64,000 nucleotides of DNA from Proteromonas lacertae (lineage: Eukaryota). The notes under the pieces are model-generated. The model was not told the DNA's origin. It did not search any database and saw nothing but the letters and a program-made list of their open reading frames with translations. Position numbers and translations under genes: made by a program. Of the stretch, positions 27,769 to 40,054 are shown one piece after another. The stretch lies in NCBI GenBank assembly GCA_002245135.1, contig NGBS01000587.1:124001-188000 (forward strand), written 5' to 3'. Within the stretch, counting starts at the first letter, position 1. Each line of letters starts with the position of its first letter.

Positions 27769-29800
27769 ATGAATGGCTCAATCAGTGACACTCATTTTAC
27801 TGGTAGCAGTATGTCAAGTATATCTAGACTATCTTTATTCCAAAATAGATGTTTCTTTATCACATCATTCAGCATTTCGTAAAGGTGATTGTTTTTCTAA
27901 TTCGTTATATGTATATATTATATATTATTGTATATTATGGAGTTTTTATAGTCAATGGAGAGTTCATCTGTTGCAAAAAAGAAAATTAAGCAAGATACAC
28001 AATATGAATTATCAAATGTATATTTAATATAATAATATTTATAAAATAGGGTGAAAATACAGTTTTAAAGTTATTGGACCCAATGAAAAAGTCTTTATAC
28101 AATTATCAAAAAATGAGACTAGCTCCAAGACCAATTGTTTCTCCATATACGAAACACGTTATAAAACCATTAAAAGGATCAGGATTATCCTGTCCAAAGA
28201 AAAAGAAACAATTTGATCCACATTACCCTATTTATAGTGAGATAAGAGCAGATCCAGAAGGTAGACTTCCCCCCGTTTCTCCTCTTACGAATGAAATAAA
28301 TAAAAATAAAATAGAAAGACCAAAACCTGTTCCTTTATTCGAAAAAAGAAGAAGAAGAAGAAGTAAAATTCAAATAAAAGAGAAAATTAATAATAACAGC
28401 AATAATACAGAAATAAATAATATTAAAAAAGAGGATGGTATTATTTTTCCATTTAAGAAAACTAAAAATTGTAAAAGTATTAATATATATATTATAATAA
28501 AAATAGAACCACCAAATTTTTATTACCTTATTTCCTCTACTTATTTTTATATAAAACTAATTGAAGATGAAATTCCCAATTTTGGTGTAATAATCAATAA
28601 AAATGATGAGCCAGAAGATGATTCATTTGCTGCAAGTAATAAAACTGAATATTTAACAGTAGAATGTGAATTAAATCCATTTACGGCATTAGAATTCTTC
28701 GAACAATTAGATAATATCACTTTAGGACATTATCAAGTGAAATCAATTGATAGATGGAGTGAAAAAGCGTATAAAGATTGTATTATTAAAGGGATTGCAC
28801 CAGTAACTTATGTATATATTATTTTGAATGTGTAATTATATTTAATTTTTATTAGAAACCAACAAATATGCAAAATTCCAAGATAGAAAATTGTCATAGT
28901 AATTCAGCTAGAGATACAGTTAGTTTAGATGAATCAACTTCATTTTCAAATACTTATTTCTTCAATATAAAAAGAGAAAAAGAAAAAGGTGATGATGATG
29001 ATAAAGAAGAAGATAGAGAATATAATGAAAATAGTGAAGGAAAGAATGATGAAGATATAGATATATCCGTTATGTTCTTCAGATCTTGTGCCAATGGAAA
29101 AGTGGAAGAAGTTCAAGATTTTTTACATAATTATGATAATATTAATATAAATATATTACTCTCAGGTGAAACTCCAATCCATATGGCTATATTGAATGGA
29201 TATGTAAGTGTGGTATATATTCTAGTAAGATATAATCCTGATTTAACCATCAAGAATTTCAAAAACCAAACTCCTTCAGAATTAGCTGAAAATATATACA
29301 ATAAATTATTAACAAGAAATGAAAATGAAGCAAGAATAAAGAAGTATTGGAGAATAATACAAATATTAAAATCAACATCAATATTTGCAGCATCAAGAGA
29401 AGGTGATTTGGGAAGAGTAAAATATCTAATTGAAGATGAGCAAATATCAATAAATATACAAAATAATAATAAAATGACACCCCTTCATTTTGCTGTTATT
29501 TCTGGTAATATTCAGTTGATTAGATATTTGATTATTAATGGAGGTGATATTAAGAATAAAAATAACCTAGGACAAACACCGATTGATTTTTGTTTTGAAA
29601 ATCCGAGAATACTTTCTTCTATTGCTGTTGCTGTTGATTATGTTAATAATAATAATAATAAACCAAATAAAGTTGTGGAAGAAAATAAGGTTAAACCACT
29701 CTCTAAAGATCAATTGCTGTTTTTAAGTTCTCCAACTCCTCCTACTAATTCTAAAAGTTTTTATCAATACGCTAAATGCCTATATGGTAGTAATGTGTAA
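27769..29800 (+). CDS. Ankyrin-repeat protein (5' end uncertain)
   Basis: Spliced ORF fragments. ANK repeats GETPIHMAILNG, SIFAASREGDL, KMTPLHFAVISG and GQTPIDF. Confidence 0.75.
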
Positions 29801-29906
29801 TTTAAATTAATTAATTTGTAAATAAAGTAATATAACTGATTTTTTCGTTTTTTTCATTTTACTGAAACGGATCTATTTCTATTTTTTTTTAAATAGATTA
29901 ATCTTA

Positions 29907-30921
29907 ATGTCTTTTACTACACTCTTTATGAGAGAACCAAAAAGTATAAAATTTAATCTACATTATTAACAGTTCCTTGTGATAAAGCGCATTACCCTGA
30001 ACTCTTTAATCCACAACAAAAGAAGAATAAAGTCTTTACAGATAAATTATGTAAAGGAGAAATTTATACATCTCTTTTCTTGTGTTTGGCTATGGACAGT
30101 GATTATATATCTTTTTCAATTTTGTTAATTCGTTTATTATTGATCATTTCCTTAATTATTATTACCCTTTATGTTTTTTACAAAAAAATACTAATTTGAC
30201 GGCAGAATACTATGATATAAAACATGGAATTATCACAACAAGTGATGAAACAGCATTCTATGTTTGTTTTACTGGAAAAGCTAATCCTAATGTGGATGAT
30301 ATTCTACGAAAAGCCGATACAATACCATTTTACAAATTTGGAGGAAGAATTCACCACGGTTTTTACAGATATGCAAAGAAGTGTAAATTACTTGATATGT
30401 ATCTAGCCTCTAAATTGAAGAATAAGAAATTGGTATTTTGTGGATATAGAAATGGAGGAGCAGCTGCAATTATGGCATCTTTAATAATTTTCAACTGTGA
30501 TAAATATAGAATAGATGAAATGAATGGCAAGAATAGTACTGTAATTAGTATAGCATACGATGCACCCGGCTGTGTTACAACAAATGTTGAAAAGAATTGC
30601 CAAAATCTTGACAATATAATCAATTTTATATATAATAAATCATGGATGTCATCTTCATCAAGAGTTTATTCAGTGATTGAAACAGTTGGATTTACTACAG
30701 TTATGGGATTAATTAATCCCTTTTTAGGAATTTCTGTAGGTGTAGCTTCTATTGGATATTTATCTCAAACCAATTATTCGAATATCGGTAGAATATTTTC
30801 TATATTTGAAGATAATAAAAATCATGATATTGGTGATTATTTAATTGAGATACATAAGTATTTATTATTCAATCCTGTTGATCAAAGTGATACAGAGGTA
30901 GAGGTTAAACGATTAATATAA
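29907..30921 (+). CDS. Class 3 lipase-like protein 1, predicted inactive (GxSxG Ser to Arg)
   Basis: GT-AG intron 29944-29972 and AT-AC intron 30107-30165. Motifs GRIHHGFY, LVFCGYRNGGAAA and AYDAP. Confidence 0.8.
30107..30165 (+). other. U12-type AT-AC intron, 59 nt
   Basis: 5' ATATCTTTTT, branch TTCCTTAAT (30148-30156), 3' TTAC. Phase 0, joins AMDSDY|PLCFLQ in frame with ORF 30196. Confidence 0.9.
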
Positions 30922-31015
30922 TTGTATATGGTATTGGCTTTGTTTTTTGACTATGAGATGACATAAAATTATTCAAACCATCATCCAATTTATTTTAAAA
31001 ATTTGAAACGAAAAA

Positions 31016-32182
31016 ATGTCAAATTCACAGTTAGAGTTGGAAGAGGATGAAAAACCTCCCAAACCTATATCAGTAAATTTACTATTTAATGCACTACATA
31101 TGTGCTTAGCAGCATCGTTAGAATCGATATCTTTTTTTAATGTTATAATTATAAACTATTATATTGTTTTATTAACTAATATAACCGTTTGAATATCTTA
31201 GTGAAAACACAGAAATAGAATTTGATTCTTTTGATCCTTCAAGTGACTTACTTTGTGCTCATTCAGCTGAAGCATTATATATGTGTTTTAAAGGCCTTGA
31301 CTGCTATGAATTTGGAGAAAATAAAACTCAAAAAATGGGTTTATCGTATAAGAGACAATATGGTGGGAAAGTTGAAGCAAATTACTATTGTAGAGCACAA
31401 TCAGCAAGATTATATGATTCATACTGTCATGCTCGTAGGAGAAGAAAGAGGTTAATACTATGTGGACACTCTGATGGAGGTAGTTGTGCTATAATAGCAA
31501 CATTGATGATATTATTCTCAAATTATTTCAAATTTAATGCTGTAGATTTAGTGTATATAAATAAAAATCTTATTATTATTATTCCATATAAATAGATGTA
31601 TAACATTTGGAGCTCCATACTGTGTCAATAAGAAAATAGTTAAATTATGTGAAGAAATGAATTTTCATCATAAGTTCATCAATTTTTACAATGAATGTCT
31701 ATTCCTTCCAGTGTTTCATGGATCTGATGATTTTTATTTAACATCTACAGGAGGAACAATAACATATTATCCTACATTTCTTTCAGATTTGAATGATTTA
31801 TATGAACAAATGAAAAAAATAAACAATAAACCTTCACATATTCATCACCATTATCATAGACACAACAGTTATAATAAACATACTAAAAGATTAAAAAATT
31901 CAAGACAAAGTATTATTTCAGCTTCTGTTTCAATTACTCATAATAAATATGTTGTTTTAGGAAAGATTTACATGTGTAAAGGTGGGAAAAACCATTTTTT
32001 ACAAGAATATATTCTTTCAATATATTCATACGTGCAACAACATGATGTATTTATTATTATTGTATATATATATATTAATTAACTAGAAAGAAAATCTAAA
32101 TAAAATAATAGATTATACAGATTTTGAAGATAGTTTACCCTCAGTTAATGAGATTAGCTACATGTATAGAACATCATTATAA
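31016..32182 (+). CDS. Class 3 lipase-like protein 2
   Basis: ATG at 31016, U12 intron 31127-31184, two GT-AG introns. Motifs LILCGHSDGGSCA, CITFGAP and NHFLQEY. Confidence 0.78.
31127..31184 (+). other. U12-type intron with apparent AT-AA termini, 58 nt
   Basis: 5' ATATCTTTTT, branch-like TTATTAAC. The frame is preserved only if the exon resumes at CCG (31185), giving the same |P junction as in the paralogs. Confidence 0.7.
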
Positions 32183-32265
32183 ATTAATATTCTAATTGTT
32201 TTTAAAGAATGTTTTTTATTTTTTTGAATAGCAAAACGACTCTATTTTAAATTCATTTGGAATGA

Positions 32266-33333
32266 ATGAGTACTCCTTTCCCTATACATTCTAACTGTAA
32301 ATAACATATTATATATATCGTAGACATAAACAGAAGAGATAATCCAGACTTTTTTATGTTTGATAACGATAAAAGAAGAGTATTTGGAGGAGTTGTTGAG
32401 ATGAAAGATTTATTTAATACTTTATATTTAATGTCAGCATTTACTAGTAATGATATATCATTTTTTGCTATATAATGAAAATTAATCTGTAATTCTTAAC
32501 ATTTATACCCAGCAGATTATATATTAGAAAATACAAAGCTTGAATTATTTGAAATTGACAATGAAAATCACATAATTTATGTTTTTAGCGAAGATAGTAT
32601 TTATATTTACTTTGGAGGTACACGTTTGTGTAATATAAACGATATAATTGCTGATATGAGAATGTATGTAACAGATTTTGAAGGTATGGGAGTTGGATAT
32701 GTACATAGTGGATATTATGATCATAGTTTAAAAGCCGACTTAAATTCAGTGTATGAAAGAGCAAAAAATGAAAATAAACAGATAATAATTACTGGTCACT
32801 CTTTAGGAGGAAGTTGTGCAACAATTAGCACAATGATGTTATTAAATAGAAGAGATTATAATTATATAGATAGTGATGAGAATATTAATATAATGTGTAT
32901 TACCTATGGAAGTGTACCGTGTGTAGATGAAAAATTGAGAGATTATTTTTATAGTTTAGGTTATAAAGACAGATTTTTGAATATATTTTTCAAATATGAT
33001 TTTGCTACTAATATAATGAATCCTATTAAATGTATATTTGCTAATGAACATGAAAGACTTGAAGAAGATCCTGAAAATAAAGAAGGATTGATAGAATATT
33101 ATTTAAGAACAGCGTATTCTTGTTTTGCAACACCATTTAGCAATAATATTAAATATTGTGTATGTAAGTATAGCCATATTGGTAGATATTATAGTGTATT
33201 TATTATTAATTATAAAAATGTATAGATAAAACCTGTATTTTGGCATGGTAGCATTTATTATATAGAATATGTTTATGAGTTCTTACAGAAACACTATTAC
33301 GATCAAAGTGTTGGATTAGTGGATATGGAATAG
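32266..33333 (+). CDS. Class 3 lipase-like protein 3 (canonical GHSLGG)
   Basis: Introns 32297-32323 (GT-AG), 32455-32508 (AT-AC) and 33196-33225 (GT-AG). Motifs FGGT, GYVHSGYY, ITGHSLGGSCA, TYGSVP, D and WH. Confidence 0.85.
32455..32508 (+). other. U12-type AT-AC intron, 54 nt
   Basis: 5' ATATCATTTT, branch TTCTTAAC (32493-32500), 3' ATAC. Phase 0, joins FTSND|PADYILEN in frame with ORF 32626. Confidence 0.9.
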
Positions 33334-33461
33334 TGTTTTGTATGTTTAATTAAGATAATTTATTGTATTGACTTTCCATTTTACATTTTTTATTGGTTTT
33401 TTATTCCATTTTATCCCAAAATTTCAAAACAAAGAAAAGAAATAAACTTGGCTTGAGATGA

Positions 33462-35359
33462 ATGGATGATAATATTAAGCAGTATATCACATACTAATTG
33501 TTGTTTAGATCACTAAATAATATTATCAACGGAATCGAGAATGAACCATCAAACTCTGAAAGATATACAACCTTAACACAACAATTGAGAGATACTGGAG
33601 TCATTTTGCTTGTTAACAATCCCCAATATTGTAAAATAATCGATTTATGTAATAATATTTGGAAGTATTGTTTTTATAACCAAATCAGTAATTATCGAAA
33701 GAATTTAAAGCATAATGCGAATAAAAGTATAGAAAATGTATGAATAATATGTAATATATATATATATATATATGATATAAATAGAAGTATGAAAGTCATT
33801 TATGTGATAGTATAAAGTATTGGGAAATTCTGTTGAAAGATATTGATGAAAACAACAATAAAAGTAATGAAGAGTGTATAAATGGATATATTAAACATAA
33901 TATTAATCTATATATTGGTGATTTGTATAGATATTATAGCCAAATAAAGGTGAATAGTGAAAAACAAAAAATGTATGAAAATGCATTAAAGTATTATAAA
34001 AATGGAATTGATTTGAATGGTGAAAATGGAATATGTTATAACCAAATAGGAGTTATATATTGGTATGTGTTTATATATATTAAGTGTTATTATCCATAAT
34101 AGTTATGAAAATAAACCAATCTATTGCTTATACTTTTATATTTTGAGTTACAACTGTAAAAATGCATTTGTTACAAGTGAGAATAATATAAAATCGTTGT
34201 TAAATAAAATGAAGAATGGAAATATAAATGATATTATGAAAATAAAAGATTGCAATGAAAAAATAATAAGATTATATTTGTATGTTGTTAGTAATATTAG
34301 TTACAAAAATAAATTGGATGAATTAAAAAGTGAAATAAATAATTATTATAAACTATATGGTATTTTATTAATAGTAAAAATATATATTTATTTATAGAAG
34401 AAGTAATAAAACACAATTTAATCAACAATTTGAAAATAATAATGCTGTTTATAATTCTTATTCATATTTCAGTGAGTGTAAAAGAAGATGATAATTATTT
34501 TCAATTTGTTGTAACTATGATGAGTGAAATGATGAAAATTGTATATATGCTTAAACAATATTACAATTATTATAGATGTTAAAATATAGTGCAATTAGTA
34601 TAGGTAGAAACAGTTGGTTTAAAGGTATATAAATATTTGACTATTTAATGAATAATAGAAGTAAGAAATGATTTAAAACATTGCAGTGTTTTTCACATGA
34701 TATTATACTACTTTCACATAACCAGAATCAATGAAAAGTACTCTTCAGTGCTGAAAGAGATGGTTGAAGAGTTAACGAAATTTAGAATGAGAATTAACAT
34801 AGATAATTGTATATTTTACAAATAATAATTAACTTGATAGATAATGATAAAACTGATCAAATATTTTTACTGAATGAAGAAAAAGAGTTGTTTTATTTCC
34901 TTCCATTTAAACCAATAATAACTATTGAGAAGAGTGAAGTAACAGAAACTCCATTAAGATCTCAAATAATTAGAATTGAAAAGATTAAAGAGATATCCAA
35001 GTATTTTATTAATGATAAATTAACTGTTAATAAGAATAGTGAAAATGTTAAATCAATAGAAATGATTAAAAATGAAGTACCAAAGTATAGTCGATTTAAA
35101 TTAAATAGAAAAGGTGATATGAGAATTAAACTAGAATCAATAGAAACATCTCCTTTTATATACAAAAGAAATAACACAAATATTACTAATATAATTCTTT
35201 AAATTAAGAAATCTACATTTATATTTAGCTAATTATAAATATAAAAGAATTATATATATAATAAATAGTTGTGTGGAGTTTTTCTACCTTACACTAAAAA
35301 GCTGTAAATTACCAGAAAACTGGGAAGAATTAGGTGAGGAAATGATGAAATCAATATAA
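33462..35359 (+). CDS. EST1/SMG5-7-like TPR protein (NMD/telomerase-associated family)
   Basis: LCNNIWKYCFY, YIGDLYRY and ALKYYKNGIDLNGENGICYNQIGVI match the EST1 TPR signature. Several short introns. The C terminus needs a +1 shift near 35200. Confidence 0.7.
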
Positions 35360-36318
35360 GTTATAAAAAGTTTTCATGCTTTGGTTTATTTGATGAAATT
35401 TATCGTACTGTTAAACATATTACGAAATGCAATAACAACATATGATGTGGAGAAATAAATTCAATATCCTTCCTCAATGATTTAAACATTAAGAGCAATA
35501 AATCAATGATAAAAAATACTCAATAACGGCAGATTACGTTATTAATTCCGATGAAACTCCCATTTATATAGAGACAAATTCACTACTATCATTTAATAAA
35601 GATAAGGAAAGAATAACATTCTTCTTGTCTGTTACAATTTAATAAATGCTGTAATCAACAGAATACAGACATAACTAATCATTACATCCACCAAATTCTT
35701 TATATAACTACTTATTGAGTCTAATTCAAATTATACTCTAGAATCATCTAATTCAAATTATACGCTTCATAATCTTTAACCATCATCAATAACTTGACGG
35801 TAGTTTAAAAAATAAAAAAAGTGTTAAATAAGCCATCAAATTTCGTCATAACAGAATTCATTCTTTTTAACAATTTACCAAAAAATTCTTTTCTTAACTG
35901 CTATTTTTATACTAGATTATTGTAAACAAATTATAAAAAAATCTACTCATCTATTTTTTTTGTTTCTTTTCCAAATACTTATCGAGAAAACTAAAAAAAA
36001 CATCTATAAATGAAAAACAGACAAATTTAAAAACTAAAAATACTTAGACAAATTGAAATAATTAAATGAGACAATGAATAAGGCATTAAATGACTTCATA
36101 AAGAATTATTTTATTTTTAATTTATAATTAGCTAAGTATATATGGATAGATAGTCATAATAAAATCAAAAATAAAAAAATGATTGTAACAAATCTAAGCT
36201 TGGTAAATATTACATTACAATTACATTTTTTTTGTATTGTGAAGGATACAACATTCAAATAGCTTATTCTTCATTTTAACGTATTTATTCATATAATAAT
36301 AGCAAACAGGTATATAAT

Positions 36319-37425
36319 ATGAAGGCAGTTTTGCTCATTATTTTGTTGTTGTGTTTTACTCTATTGTTGTTATTGTTTTATACTCAGATAATTGTAGAAA
36401 GCGATGTACAGGAAAGTAAAAAGGATGTAATAATCAAGAAAAAACCAAAAATAACAATTACAGTGAAACACAATTACTTATCAAGTAATGAACATTATCC
36501 TTATTACAAATATATGCCAAATAAAGAATCAGTAATTATAAATCCTTTAGTATGGAGTTTTGCATATAGTTATAATTGGGAAAGAATTAAGCTATTTGTT
36601 AAATCCTTAAGAAAAAGTGGATATGATGGTGATTTAGTTATAGGAATATCTGATTATTTATTTGATGAATTAAAAGATAAAATAGTAAAATACAATATAA
36701 AACCAATAATAATCGAGTATAATTGGCCTTACTATAGTATAAAGAATAATCCTTATTTCCCAATCAACGAAACATTTATAAAAGAAAAGATGATTGAAGA
36801 AAGATACTACAGTATGAATGATAAATGGAATGTATATCGTTTTTCTATATTAAATATGTGGTTGTCTATATATGGAAATAAATACAGTCATATTATGAGT
36901 TTAGATATAAGAGATGTAGTATTCCAAGGAAATCCATTTAAATGGAATTTTGAAGATGGAATGTATATGGTAGATGAAACAATACACAATATTACAATAG
37001 GTGAAGAAATATATGATAGAAGGTGGGTAGAAGTATATGATGATTATGAAAAGATATTAAATGAAAGAGTATTAAATTCTGGCACATTGTTTGGAAGTGT
37101 GTATTATTTTGTAAAATTTATAAATCAATTTACTGAGTTTATGAGAAATGATAAACATATAACAAATGAACAAGGGACATTGAATTACTTATATCATACA
37201 AATTATTTCAAAGATATTAAATTTTTGATGAATAAAAATGAATATGGAATTGTATATACAATGGCTATAGATCATGTGTATTTTCATGAAATAACGAAAT
37301 TCAATATCAAAGATAATATATTGTATAATGCTGATTTTACAAAGCCTTTGATAATCCACCAATATGATCGTCATAGACATTTTGTTAAATTATTTACTGA
37401 AGTGAATGGATATATATATAATTAA
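36319..37425 (+). CDS. Type II membrane putative glycosyltransferase (GT-A-like), intronless
   Basis: N-terminal TM anchor and stem. Motifs FVKSLRKSGYDGDLV, RF, DIRDVVFQGNPF (DxxD), NSGTLFG, EQGTLNY and IIHQYDRH. Confidence 0.7.
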   Translation: MKAVLLIILLLCFTLLLLLFYTQIIVESDVQESKKDVIIKKKPKITITVKHNYLSSNEHYPYYKYMPNKESVIINPLVWSFAYSYNWERIKLFVKSLRKSGYDGDLVIGISDYLFDELKDKIVKYNIKPIIIEYNWPYYSIKNNPYFPINETFIKEKMIEERYYSMNDKWNVYRFSILNMWLSIYGNKYSHIMSLDIRDVVFQGNPFKWNFEDGMYMVDETIHNITIGEEIYDRRWVEVYDDYEKILNERVLNSGTLFGSVYYFVKFINQFTEFMRNDKHITNEQGTLNYLYHTNYFKDIKFLMNKNEYGIVYTMAIDHVYFHEITKFNIKDNILYNADFTKPLIIHQYDRHRHFVKLFTEVNGYIYN

Positions 37426-37488
37426 ATGATTTATAATGTTAATGAGATGTTTTTATATGTTTTAATATGTTTTATTTCAGTTTTAAAA

Positions 37489-37506
37489 TATCAAACATGT
37501 TTGATA
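37489..37506. promoter_or_regulatory. Perfect 18-bp palindrome TATCAAACATGTTTGATA (copy 2)
   Basis: Ends 18 nt upstream of the hydrolase 1 ATG (37525). Confidence 0.55.
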
Positions 37507-37524
37507 ATCTATTATGAAAAGTTG

Positions 37525-38606
37525 ATGGATTATCTTAATCATATAAACAATTACATTTCTGTCGGTGCTGTAACATCAGCAGGGTTATTATTATTCTTAT
37601 GGTGGAGAAGAGTAAGAATATAACTTGATCTTTTTGGTTATTATAGACTCGTGGACTTCTTCATCCTCCTCCTGAATGTTTATCTGTTTGTGATGGAAAA
37701 TTTGCAAAGCTATCACATGGAAAAACACATTATAAAGTCATTGGTATAAATTTTCGAATAATGCATAGTTCCTAAATTTTGCAATGAGGATCTTCCTCCA
37801 GTTGTATTAATACATGGAATTGCATCTGGAATGCAAATGTACAACTTTCTTGTTGAACATTTACTCCTACTTGGTCATAAAATAATATATTATGATCTAT
37901 ATGGTAGAGGTGGTTCTGATGCTCCTGATCTTCCCAACGATTTAGGATTTTTCACTTCTCAATTAAACGAATTATTAGTGTATCTAGAAGATGAAATAGA
38001 ATCTAAAAAAATTATACTTGTAGGAACATCTATGGGCGGAGCAATAGCTACACATTATGCTGCGTTGTTTCCTCACAAAGTGAGCAAATTAATATTAATG
38101 GCTCCTTTTGGAGTGAAAGTAAGAATACCTGCAGTTCAATATTTGTTAATGTATCCATTTATAAGTGATTTAATTGAATGTCTAGGTCCAAAACTATTCG
38201 GATTAGTTGGATCATTTGTATTAATAATTATATTATTGTTATGTAGTTTGTAAGTCGTGGATTTAGTAAAGATGATTTTGAAAGAAATGGTGATAATACT
38301 GAATATGTTGATACGTTGAAGAGGATATTGAATTATAAAGGATTAGTCAGATCTTTCTGCTCAACAGCTAGATGTTTGATTAATAAAGATAATATTGAAG
38401 ACTATATGGAACTAGAATCATTGAAAGTATCAACTTGTGTTATATGGGGAGATGAAGACAGAATAGTAGATTATGAGTATATTGATGTTCTTAAGGGAAT
38501 ATTACCATCTGCTGAGTATCATACCATGCATGGTTCTGGGCATGCGTTTGTTTGTACAAGAGCTAAAGAAACTTATGATATTATTTCTAATTTCATCAGT
38601 AAATAA
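37525..38606 (+). CDS. Membrane-anchored alpha/beta hydrolase 1
   Basis: N-terminal TM, VLIHG, YDLYGRGGSD, GTSMGG nucleophile, WGDED acid, GSGH histidine. Three GT-AG introns. Confidence 0.88.
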
Positions 38607-38703
38607 CATAAATGGTTGCATTTCATTTAAATAATTTGAATAATGTTTTTATTTGATCTAAAAAACAATCATTCAACGAGAAAGAAGAAAAAGAATAAAA
38701 TAG

Positions 38704-38717
38704 TCAAACAAGTTTGA
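38704..38717. promoter_or_regulatory. Palindromic TCAAAC-AA-GTTTGA element (copy 3)
   Basis: Ends 17 nt upstream of the hydrolase 2 ATG (38735). Confidence 0.5.
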
Positions 38718-38734
38718 AAGAATATTTTTATTCT

Positions 38735-39900
38735 ATGCTGGATTTCCTGAATCCTTTCGATAATACCATATCTTTTGTGTTTTTTTCAATAATTGCTCTA
38801 TTTTTATTCGCTTGGTGGAATAATGTATGAAAATGGAATAATTCTATTTTAGAAAAAAGGAATACAGAGACCTTGCTCTAATTATTTATCAAAATGCAAA
38901 GGCAAATTTGCTAAATTATCTAATGGATATACACATTACAAAATAATAAGTATATTTTATATAATTCTTATATTCAATCATTAGCTCCTTCTGATTACGA
39001 TGAAAAAAGTATTTTAATTAGTATTCATATACATTACTAGATCCTGATTTACCTACAGTTGTATTAGTTCATGGAGTTGCCTCAGGAATGATGTTATATG
39101 AAGATTTTGTTAAAGTATTTCCATCATTAGGATATCGAGTTATATTATTTGATTTATATGGACTGGGAGGATCAGATTCACCAGATGTAACATTCAACGT
39201 AGGACTTTACACATCACAATTGAATGATCTTTTGGTATATTTAGAGAAAGATATAAAATGTGATAAAATCATATTAGGTGGTTTATCAATGGGTGGAGCT
39301 GTTGTATCACATTATGCATCATTATTTCCACACAAAATATCAAAGCTAATACTTATGGCTCCTTTTGGAGTGAAAGTTATTGTTCCATTTTACCAAAAAC
39401 CTTTCTTTGTTCCTGGTTTAAGGACAATTATTGAGTTTTTAGCTCCATTTTTTGTTAGAATTGCTATTAAATTTGTATATTTGTTTATTTTTGTTTATTT
39501 AATTAGTTTGTTAGATTAGGCTTTAGTAAGGATGATGAAATTAAATATGGAGGAAGAACTGTATATATTTATATTCTTTATTTAATAATAGAAATATGAA
39601 AATAAGATTTTGGAAGAAGCTGAAAATCCGGGATATTTTAGATCATTTTGTTCTACAGCTTGTAATACCATTGATAGAGATAATCAAGAAGATTATGCTG
39701 AAATAGAAAACCAAAAAATACCAACTTGTGTTATTTGGGGAGATGCTGATAGAGTTGTAGATTATAACAATATAAATGTTCTAAAGAAAATAATACCTTC
39801 AGCTGAGTATTTTACACTAAAAGACACAGGTCATGCTTATATTCATACAAGAGCAAAAGAAACTAGTGAAATAATAAATAAATTTATTAAATTACATTAA
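38735..39900 (+). CDS. Membrane-anchored alpha/beta hydrolase 2 (tandem paralog)
   Basis: VLVHG, FDLYGLGGSD, GLSMGG, WGDAD, DTGH. Five GT-AG introns and a 24-nt micro-exon at 38985-39008. Confidence 0.88.
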
Positions 39901-40054
39901 TTATAACCTCTATTTGTAAGGAATTTTGATGTGTAAAACTAACTGTAAAAATGTAATTTTTACTTGTGAATTACATTTATTTATTACTCCTCATACACTT
40001 AGTTATATATTTTGTATATATTAGAAACGTAAGACTCTGATTTATATCTAATTA

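Noticed and set aside
27809..27827. 19-nt GT-AG candidate intron at the 5' end of the ankyrin gene
   Set aside because: Shorter than the other introns here. An alternative ATG (27773) or a +1 error explains the frame equally well.
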